Positions 57,490 to 64,000 of a stretch of 64,000 nucleotides of DNA are shown here, piece by piece. Location of the stretch: positions 400,213 to 464,212 of the forward strand of contig OZ246398.1 of assembly GCA_965230995.1 (NCBI GenBank). The letters run 5' to 3'. The DNA is from an uncultured Candidatus Saccharibacteria bacterium (lineage in GTDB: Bacteria; Patescibacteriota; Minisyncoccia; Phycocordibacterales; G965230995). Positions within the stretch are counted from its first letter, which is position 1; the number at the start of each line of letters is the position of its first letter. The position numbers and the translations under genes are program-made. A model generated the notes under the pieces. That model saw only the letters and a list, made by a program, of their open reading frames with translations. It searched no databases and had not been told where the DNA came from.

Positions 57490-57882
57490 ATGAAAAAACT
57501 TTTTGCACATATAATAATCCTGTTTATAGTAATCATTCCAGTTGCTTTTCCAATATTTGCACTAGCACAGGGCAATGCACCAAGCCTAATAGTTTGTGAT
57601 GGTGTTACAGAACCCTGCACATTTAAACATGTCATAGAATTAGCGCAGGCGGTTATGAATTTTCTATTATATATTTCTACATTTATAGCTGCGGGAATGT
57701 TTATCTATTCAGGTTTTCTATATGTGACAGCAGGTGATGATTCTGGAAAAGTCACCACAGCAAAGGGAATCTTTAAAAGTGTTGCACTCGGTTATATCAT
57801 TATGTTATCTGCGTGGGTAATTGTTTATACGCTCGTAAATGCGCTATCAGAAAACCCAGAATACCTAAAATATTTTAAATAA
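57490..57882 (+). CDS. TrbC/VirB2-like pilin family paralog 1
   Basis: A signal peptide plus two hydrophobic helices flanking a charged loop. Confidence 0.5.
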   Translation: MKKLFAHIIILFIVIIPVAFPIFALAQGNAPSLIVCDGVTEPCTFKHVIELAQAVMNFLLYISTFIAAGMFIYSGFLYVTAGDDSGKVTTAKGIFKSVALGYIIMLSAWVIVYTLVNALSENPEYLKYFK

Positions 57883-57886
57883 TAAT

Positions 57887-58369
57887 ATGAAAAAAAATCT
57901 AAGATTTATTGCGATAGTCGGGTTAATGTCATTTCTATTTATATCAAATGTTATTACGATACCTGCTCTGGCACAGACTGAGCCTGCAAAGGGTTCAGTG
58001 ATGAATGATGGTACCGGTTCACCCGAAAAAGGATCTGTTATGAATTCTCCTTCTACAGGTCAAACAACGGGGGATACTTCTGGTGGATTAAAGATAAAAA
58101 ATCCGCTTGGTGACAAGGTAAATACTTTACCTGATCTTTTGATTTTGATTATAGACAAAATTGTTCTACCAATTGGCGGGATTATTGTTGCCTTTATGAT
58201 TATTTATACTGGCTTTAAATTCGTAATGGCACAGGGTGATCCTGGGGAACTGACTAAAGCAAAGCAAAGCCTTATGAATACATTAATTGGTGCCGCTATT
58301 ATATTGGGAGCATTGTCTATTTCAATAATAATAAAATCAATAGTAGATGATATAATCAAGGTTATATGA
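57887..58369 (+). CDS. TrbC/VirB2-like pilin family paralog 2
   Basis: Same architecture. Core reads ...IVAFMIIYTGFKFVMAQGDPGELTKAKQSLMNTLIGAAIILGA... Confidence 0.5.
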   Translation: MKKNLRFIAIVGLMSFLFISNVITIPALAQTEPAKGSVMNDGTGSPEKGSVMNSPSTGQTTGDTSGGLKIKNPLGDKVNTLPDLLILIIDKIVLPIGGIIVAFMIIYTGFKFVMAQGDPGELTKAKQSLMNTLIGAAIILGALSISIIIKSIVDDIIKVI

Positions 58370-58749
58370 AAAAGTATATTTTATCATTTTTACTCCTTGC
58401 ACCGTTCATTGCGAGTGCAAAAATATCAAATTTCAAAGAACTTCTCGATTTATTTTTTGAGTATGCAACCCAAATAGTTTTTCTAATATCAGTTTTGATA
58501 CTGCTTGCGTTTATGTGGGGTGTTGCCGATTTTATCAGAAAAACTGGTAGCGGTGATGACTTGGCAGAAGCAAAAAAAAGACTTTTGTGGGGTGTGATTG
58601 CAGTTTTTGTTGCGTTTTCTTTATGGGGAATATTATCATTTCTTTCAAATGATATATTTGGACCAACACAAGTCGATGTTGCTCCGCAAATATCAGAAGA
58701 TAAAATATTTCAATTTTTTCCTCGCAATAGCACACAAAATGGCCAATAA
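58366..58749 (+). CDS. TrbC/VirB2-like pilin family paralog 3
   Basis: Core reads ...LAFMWGVADFIRKTGSGDDLAEAKKRLLWGVIAVFVAFSLWGIL... Confidence 0.5.
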   Translation: MKKYILSFLLLAPFIASAKISNFKELLDLFFEYATQIVFLISVLILLAFMWGVADFIRKTGSGDDLAEAKKRLLWGVIAVFVAFSLWGILSFLSNDIFGPTQVDVAPQISEDKIFQFFPRNSTQNGQ

Positions 58750-58752
58750 TTT

Positions 58753-59577
58753 ATGAAAAAAATATTTCTCATACTTTCAATAATATTTGTTCCAATGCTA
58801 GCATCTGCCGATGGTGGTTTGGGTTCTCTGCTCAAAGCAATTACAGATATAGCAGAAATGCTCATTCCTATAGTCGCATCGCTTGCTCTACTATATTTTT
58901 TTTGGGGTGTTGCAGAATATGTTCGTGGTGTTGGCGCTTCGGGAAAAGAAGAGGGAAGATCAAAAATGTTTTGGGGCGCTATTGGATTGTTTGTAATGAT
59001 GTCTATTTGGGGACTTGTTAATTTCATAAGCTCAGATTTTTTGGGTATCAAACCAACTTCTTCGGGTGGTTCATATAGCAGTAGTTACAATAATCCAAGA
59101 TTAAATCAAAATACGCCAGTTCCTCCTTGTTATGACACAAGAACAGGAAAGACCGTTGTTAGAAACCCAAATGGTAGTGTGACATATACAATAGGGAACA
59201 AAGACCTTGATCCTTGCAAAACAGACGCAACCAATCAGATAATCAATCTAACAGCCTTTACAATAAATAAGACATGGAGTGCTACAAAATGGACGGCTTC
59301 TAAAATAAAAAATGGCGCAGTCGGTACATTCGAATGGGTTTTTGGTAGCAATAATAAAACTCAAGATACACAAACACAAAACCCTCCAGCAGAAAACACG
59401 AATCCAGCGGATGACGGTACAGATAACGGTATGCTAGAAAGTTACAGAATCGACGGTACAGATGATGTGGATGATTCAAATGTTGATGTTGCCACTGATG
59501 AACCACTAGAAGACGAAGGGGATACAACATATCCAACAGATGGACCAGACGAGAATTGGATGGGCCCCAACGATTAA
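58753..59577 (+). CDS. TrbC/VirB2-like pilin paralog 4 with an extended, acidic C-terminal tail
   Basis: Core ...LALLYFFWGVAEYVRGVGASGKEEGRSKMFWGAIGLFVMMSIWGLVNFI... plus a 170-aa Asn/Thr/Asp-rich tail. Confidence 0.5.
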   Translation: MKKIFLILSIIFVPMLASADGGLGSLLKAITDIAEMLIPIVASLALLYFFWGVAEYVRGVGASGKEEGRSKMFWGAIGLFVMMSIWGLVNFISSDFLGIKPTSSGGSYSSSYNNPRLNQNTPVPPCYDTRTGKTVVRNPNGSVTYTIGNKDLDPCKTDATNQIINLTAFTINKTWSATKWTASKIKNGAVGTFEWVFGSNNKTQDTQTQNPPAENTNPADDGTDNGMLESYRIDGTDDVDDSNVDVATDEPLEDEGDTTYPTDGPDENWMGPND

Positions 59578-59663
59578 TCCACATTGTATCGTTGCTTGCT
59601 TGTTTAAATCGTATTATTATTAGCTAAAGCGTTATATTCGCTAATTTATTAATAAAAGTTTAT

Positions 59664-60023
59664 ATGAAAAAATATTTTCTTGCAGTCTCACTAATTGTTC
59701 TTCCTGTAATCGTATTGGCGGCTGATTCTAATGGTTATTTATCAGATTTGAAATCAATTGTAAGTTCTATTGGAAGGATTATTGGACTTCTCATCCCAAT
59801 CGTATTTGCTCTTGCTCTCCTATATTTCTTCTGGGGATTGGCAAAATACATCCTTGCTTCAGGTGAAGGAAAAGAAGAAGGAAGAAATACTATGATTTGG
59901 GGTGTTGTTGCATTGTTCGTAATGGCATCAATTTGGGGGATAGTTAGTTTTATACAAAAGGCTTTTGGTGTTACCAATAATGCGGATGCTACTGTTCCTA
60001 CTGTAGTTATACCAAAAAAATAA
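59664..60023 (+). CDS. TrbC/VirB2-like pilin paralog 5
   Basis: Core LIPIVFALALLYFFWGLAKYILASGEGKEEGRNTMIWGVVALFVMASIWGIV is identical to paralog 6. Confidence 0.55.
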   Translation: MKKYFLAVSLIVLPVIVLAADSNGYLSDLKSIVSSIGRIIGLLIPIVFALALLYFFWGLAKYILASGEGKEEGRNTMIWGVVALFVMASIWGIVSFIQKAFGVTNNADATVPTVVIPKK

Positions 60024-60079
60024 CAATAAAATTAATTATTTAATTACAAATTATTCGCAAATTTATTAATAAAATTTAT

Positions 60080-60430
60080 ATGAAAAAAAATATTTTTTTA
60101 GCATTGCTAATGGTTCTGCCGTACTTTGTTTCAGCACAGGAACAACTGAAAAATGTAGAGGGGATAGTAGGATCAATAGGAGATATTGTTAATTTACTCA
60201 TCCCAATAGTGTTTGCCCTAGCTCTCCTATATTTCTTCTGGGGATTGGCAAAATACATCCTTGCTTCAGGTGAAGGAAAAGAAGAAGGAAGAAATACTAT
60301 GATTTGGGGTGTTGTTGCATTGTTCGTAATGGCATCAATTTGGGGGATAGTTAGATTTATTCAAAGCGCTTTCAATATTGATAATGAAAATCCAGCAACT
60401 CAAAATGCGCCGGGAATAAAAAAACAATAG
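60080..60430 (+). CDS. TrbC/VirB2-like pilin paralog 6
   Basis: Shares about 160 bp of near-identical DNA with paralog 5, including the upstream promoter/RBS. Confidence 0.55.
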   Translation: MKKNIFLALLMVLPYFVSAQEQLKNVEGIVGSIGDIVNLLIPIVFALALLYFFWGLAKYILASGEGKEEGRNTMIWGVVALFVMASIWGIVRFIQSAFNIDNENPATQNAPGIKKQ

Positions 60431-60473
60431 TGTTACGATATTGTTGTGGTTAATTATTTTCCTTTAAACAAAA

Positions 60474-60710
60474 ATGTTACCCGTAATTAATGTAATTCTA
60501 GACAAGATAGTCAATCCGATAATTTGGGTAATGTTTACGGTAGCTTTGATTGTCTTTCTGTGGGGTATATTCAAATTCCTCTCGAGCGACGAAGGTGGGG
60601 AAGGACGAACAAAAGGAAAAGATTCAATGGTTTGGGGAATTGTAGGGTTTCTAATTATGGTTGGAGTCTGGGGAATAATCGCATTCGTAAAAGAAACACT
60701 AAAGCTTTAA
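60474..60710 (+). CDS. TrbC/VirB2-like pilin paralog 7 (lacks a signal peptide)
   Basis: Core ...ALIVFLWGIFKFLSSDEGGEGRTKGKDSMVWGIVGFLIMVGVWGII... Confidence 0.45.
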   Translation: MLPVINVILDKIVNPIIWVMFTVALIVFLWGIFKFLSSDEGGEGRTKGKDSMVWGIVGFLIMVGVWGIIAFVKETLKL

Positions 60711-60773
60711 AATAAAAAAAAGACAGGGGCGGTCCGCGCGTTGCGGTCCGCCCCTTCGTCGTACCAGCCTTCC

Positions 60774-61388
60774 TTATTGGCTGTTGTTTATAGGTTCAAC
60801 GATTTCGATCTTGATCTCTGCCCCGCTGGGCGAGAGACCCTTCACCCAGAGTAGCGTGAAGGTGCCTTTCGGTTTGTGTTTACCTTCCGTCTTTTCCTCG
60901 TCAACACCGAAGTTCTCGTACCATACGACTTCCTCGGAGACATGCTCCGAGATGAAATCGTTGACACGAATCAGGGCCCTACCCTTGTTAGAGTAAACCT
61001 TGAAGGGGCGTCCGTCGATGTCGAACGGCTCAGAGATCTCTCCTTGGGCTACCGTGACAGTTCTCGATGCGATAACTCTCACGTTCTCGGTGTCAACCTT
61101 ATTGGCAACCTTCGCCTGTACAGCGGTGTTGGTGGTACGAGGGCGCATGTCGTTCATCGCGCCGTTCGTGAACACTCCACTGCATGTTGAGATAAGGCAG
61201 ACGAGCGACAGCAACGCCAGGTACCACAGAATGCTGTGCGATGCCTTCGTGGTCCCCTTCGCAGAGGTAGCCGTTCCCGGAGTGGCTGATCCGCCAGTAC
61301 CCGAGCCCTTTTTCTTCTTGAAGAAGATCACAATCGCCGCTACCACAAACACTGCCAGAACCCCGATCATAACCTGTCTGACTTCCAT
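60774..61388 (-). CDS. GC-rich membrane protein. One TM helix, a Gly/Thr-rich linker, then a second TM helix.
   Basis: ORF with biased codon usage. Sits upstream of the SPFH gene on the same strand. Confidence 0.45.
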   Translation of the reverse strand: MEVRQVMIGVLAVFVVAAIVIFFKKKKGSGTGGSATPGTATSAKGTTKASHSILWYLALLSLVCLISTCSGVFTNGAMNDMRPRTTNTAVQAKVANKVDTENVRVIASRTVTVAQGEISEPFDIDGRPFKVYSNKGRALIRVNDFISEHVSEEVVWYENFGVDEEKTEGKHKPKGTFTLLWVKGLSPSGAEIKIEIVEPINNSQ

Positions 61389-61500
61389 AGAACTCCTCCT
61401 GTTTCCATATTATTATATCATACATACAGTTTATATGTCAAGTACGAAAAAGCGCCGGGGTTTAGCCGGCGCCGTGAATGGCAAGTGTCTGTCGGGGGTC

Positions 61501-62496
61501 CTAATCCCCGTCAGGAACTATCTTTCCACCCGGTGCGTACGTAATGTGAGTCGCATCGGAGAGCCCGATCATCGCTGCTGCAACGGTCTCCGGGTTCTTG
61601 AGCACTGCGTGGATGCGCTCCACCTGGCTCGCCTCAGCCTGTGCGATGCCTTGTGTCTCCTCAACCTTGGCCTCAGCCAAACCCTTGGCCTCCTTGACCC
61701 TGATCGCAGCAAGCTTATCCTCCTTTTCGATCTCTGGTCCTTGACGAACTCTCGCTGCATCTGCTTGTTGATGTGAAGCAGCAAGGTCGGTGAAGCTCTG
61801 ACGCAGAGCCTTCTCTGATGCCGAGTCGTCCCTCTTGGTAATTGTGGCATCAGTTACCTTTAGGGCGAAGCTAGAGTTGTTGAGAGACTGTTGAAGGCCA
61901 ACCTTTCCAGCTTCACTTACTGTTTCGACCTGGGCATCAGTCATTGACTTGACCAATATTTCCAGGTGGCTGGTAACACTTTCCTTCACCAAGAAGATGA
62001 TCTTTGCTTCAGCTTCAGGTTGGGGAAGAATATTGCCATCTGTTGTGAGCAAGTGCTGTTGGATGAAATCAATACAGGTTGGGTTTTCTGTATCGATTGA
62101 CACCATGACACGAAAGTCCAGGTCCTTCTGTCTGCGTGTATGGCTAGCTGTCAAACTGCCATCAGGGTTTAGGATGTTTATTTCAACATCCTTCTTCTGA
62201 CCCACTAAGGTGAAGACCAGTGGCAATGTTCCCTTGACCTTGAAACAAGGATTCAACCCGTACATGATACGAATTGGATTTGCCCAGTGCATCTTCGCCA
62301 CGTGACGGTGGTACATTCCCGGTAACACTATGCCCATAAAGGCTGTGTTTACGAGGGGGTTGTATACACCACGAGGTACATTGTTTACGAAGACAACACT
62401 GAGTGTCCCGCCGTTTACTTCATGATACGACGAGACAATCAGAAGGACGACAAACGCGATGGCAATGAGGATTCCGAGCGTGGTAGTGGTGAACAT
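61501..62496 (-). CDS. SPFH/band-7 (stomatin/flotillin-like) domain protein with a C-terminal Ala/Glu-rich coiled coil
   Basis: N-terminal TM helix, an SPFH-like core, and an AEAKVEETQGIAQAEASQVE helical tail. Confidence 0.65.
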   Translation of the reverse strand: MFTTTTLGILIAIAFVVLLIVSSYHEVNGGTLSVVFVNNVPRGVYNPLVNTAFMGIVLPGMYHRHVAKMHWANPIRIMYGLNPCFKVKGTLPLVFTLVGQKKDVEINILNPDGSLTASHTRRQKDLDFRVMVSIDTENPTCIDFIQQHLLTTDGNILPQPEAEAKIIFLVKESVTSHLEILVKSMTDAQVETVSEAGKVGLQQSLNNSSFALKVTDATITKRDDSASEKALRQSFTDLAASHQQADAARVRQGPEIEKEDKLAAIRVKEAKGLAEAKVEETQGIAQAEASQVERIHAVLKNPETVAAAMIGLSDATHITYAPGGKIVPDGD

Positions 62497-62712
62497 GGTA
62501 GCTCTCCTTGCGTTACGGTTGGCTTGTGTGTAGAACAGTTCAGGCTATATTATATTACATAATTGTGTAAAAGTCAAGCAAAAAGAGAGCTATAAATAAC
62601 GATATTTTTGCCATATTTATTTCCATTGTTTTTGTCGATTATTAATATTCCTCTTAAATTCTTTGTTTTTTTGCGTAAATATGATAAAGTTTTCTTTGTT
62701 GATTTTAAAAAT

Positions 62713-62785
62713 GCGCTCATAGCTCAGCTGGTAGAGCAGTCGCCTCTTAAGCGAACGGTCGTAGGTTCGATTCCTACTGGGCGCA
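62713..62785 (+). tRNA. tRNA-Lys (anticodon CUU)
   Basis: D-arm UAGCUCAGCUGGUAGAGCA, anticodon loop cuCUUaa, T-arm guaggTTCGAUUccuac, acceptor gcgctca/tgggcgc. Confidence 0.8.
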
Positions 62786-62799
62786 CATCGCAATAATAG

Positions 62800-62834
62800 A
62801 AAAACACCTCTGATTTTAAAGGTGTTTTTCTTTT
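62800..62834 (+). terminator. Rho-independent terminator after tRNA-Lys
   Basis: aaaaaCACCtctgattttaaaGGTGtttttctttt. Confidence 0.75.
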
Positions 62835-62928
62835 GCGATGTGCGAGCCGGACCGTAGCGGAGCGGAGGGAGGCGGGGTCGCGACTTTCTGCCGAGAACAC
62901 GAGGCAGAAAAGTAGTGACCACAATGTT

Positions 62929-63062
62929 TGTGCGCCCAAGCAAGTCCGGGGGACTTGCGTGTAGGAATCGAAAGGCTTTTGAGCTGATTTTAGAGTTCGA
63001 GGAACGAGAACGAATAAAATCACCAAAAGGCATACTGTCCATGTAATGGAAGATTCCTACTG
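62929..63062. repeat. tRNA-Lys-associated composite. It comprises an inverted copy of the tRNA 3' half with a 21-nt hairpin insertion (62929-62972), the shared 20-mer atactgtccatgtaatggaa (63032-63051), and an 11-bp direct copy of the tRNA 3' end (63052-63062).
   Basis: Direct comparison with tRNA-Lys 62766-62787. Parallels the tRNA-Glu locus. Confidence 0.75.
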
Positions 63063-63127
63063 AATGAAAGTGACTTGTCCTTCGTTCACAAAAGACGAAA
63101 GTTGTGACCACAAGCAAAAAATAAATT

Positions 63128-63547
63128 TTGTATTTGCATTTTGATATTATTGGGAATAGAATTAATATGTATCGAGACAAACCGACTCGACAGTTTGTAC
63201 ACCTAGAAGTGGAGGAGGTCATGACTACTAGTGCTAGGGTTGACATGAGTAGGTTTGAGAGTGTACTCAAGCCACAATTGGGCCCGCTGTGGGGCAGGGC
63301 CTTGACTATCTTCGAAGGTTACGGTCCGGCCCTGAGTTGGTGTGTGACCAAGTCTCTTGATCTTGCCGTTGATCGGGGAAAAGTGGAGGAGGTGCTAGGT
63401 ATTCTGGAAAGACACTACCGGGACCATCTCTCGTTTCAACACCCTGACATTCGTGGCGCGATCGAAGGGGCCTCTGGTGACCTCACCAACACTATGTTCA
63501 GGCAGATCTTTGAGGTGGTGCTTAAGAAGGCACCTTGTGCGGGGTGA
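63128..63547 (+). CDS. Hypothetical protein in a moderately GC-rich region
   Basis: ORF of 139 aa. No motif recognised. Confidence 0.3.
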   Translation: MYLHFDIIGNRINMYRDKPTRQFVHLEVEEVMTTSARVDMSRFESVLKPQLGPLWGRALTIFEGYGPALSWCVTKSLDLAVDRGKVEEVLGILERHYRDHLSFQHPDIRGAIEGASGDLTNTMFRQIFEVVLKKAPCAG

Positions 63548-63757
63548 GGCATCGCCTCGCCTCGCTATGTTGACCAGTCTTCGGTGACTTCACCATCGGC
63601 TGGTCTTCTTTTTTTGCTAGGGTAAATCCTATGCAACGAAGGTCGCGACCTCGCCTCGGTCTGTTGCAAAATTAAAATAAACAATATAACTGGACAAAAT
63701 TAAGAAAATGTTATAGTGTAATTTGCGAACAGTTCTCAAAATAGAAGGGAGAACGCC

Positions 63758-64000
63758 ATGGCTGGCCATAAACTGGTAGAACATCTGACAACCATCGAGG
63801 ACGGACTGAGGAATGAACACGGTGCAACAATTATCGGTATGCCGATAACCGTCATCATCGAAAACGGCAATGTCGAGCCCGACGACGAATGGGCCTTGTT
63901 CCGTCTGACGGACGCCGGTATGTGGGCTTACTTCGTAGTTGGGTGTGAGATGGCAGAAGCTATCCTGTCGATTTTAATCGACGACAAGCCTGCAGTCGAA
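63758..64000 (+). CDS. Hypothetical protein. Partial, runs off the window end.
   Basis: ATG at 63758 preceded by gaagggagaacgcc (RBS). The ORF is still open at 64000. Confidence 0.3.
   Translation, partial: MAGHKLVEHLTTIEDGLRNEHGATIIGMPITVIIENGNVEPDDEWALFRLTDAGMWAYFVVGCEMAEAILSILIDDKPAVE

Noticed and set aside
62938-62958. AAGTCCGGG motif reminiscent of the RNase P RNA P4 region
   Set aside because: The motif is part of the acgcaagtcccccggacttgc hairpin inserted in the inverted tRNA-Lys copy. No other RNase P, tmRNA or SRP conserved blocks are present.
62617-63270. 217-aa - strand ORF spanning tRNA-Lys and its terminator
   Set aside because: It overlaps a well-formed tRNA and the structured GC-rich repeat region, so it is not a credible coding sequence.

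Overview
This is a low-GC (~35-40%) window. I infer it comes from a small-genome, Gram-positive-like bacterium, possibly Candidate Phyla Radiation/Patescibacteria, from the gene content and tandem TrbC/VirB2-like pilin paralogs; I could not run a search to confirm this. About 1.3-39.2 kb is an integrated prophage with no recognisable tape-measure protein, so it is probably podovirus-like. Its gene order is: lysis cassette, large virion proteins, tail fibre and tailspike, capsid, scaffold and portal, terminase, a ParB-like protein and a DNA methyltransferase. Next comes a cargo/defence stretch: a complete diversity-generating retroelement (DGR), a Fic protein, a RadC-like JAB protein, a Dcm methyltransferase with a putative restriction endonuclease, a HEPN protein, and a PHP-ABC ATPase ('Ppl'-like) paired with a Cas4-like nuclease and a tiny acidic protein. 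The prophage ends with a replication/HTH protein, a cro/cI switch with palindromic operators, and a large serine integrase next to tRNA-Glu. The DGR is the clearest discovery. A 131-bp template repeat (TR, + strand) and a variable repeat (VR) at the 3' end of a GC-rich target gene (- strand) differ at about 19 positions. Every difference is A in TR versus non-A in VR. The DGR also includes an Avd-like protein and a reverse transcriptase with the DGR 'IGNLTSQ' signature. From 39.5 kb onward the window carries core genes. These are cyanophycinase/PepE-like S51 peptidase, trxB, ftsA-ftsZ, ybeY, rpsU, a HisRS-like protein, lepB, pth, rpsA and gyrA, followed by seven tandem TrbC/VirB2-like pilin paralogs, GC-rich membrane/SPFH genes and tRNA-Lys. 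Both tRNA genes are followed by the same odd composite structure. It consists of a terminator, an inverted copy of the tRNA 3' half carrying a hairpin insertion of the form acgcaag...cttgc, a shared 20-mer, and a direct partial copy of the tRNA 3' end. This looks like the att remnants of miniature integrative elements. No CRISPR array and no rRNA were found. All calls rest on motifs read by eye; no database search was possible.
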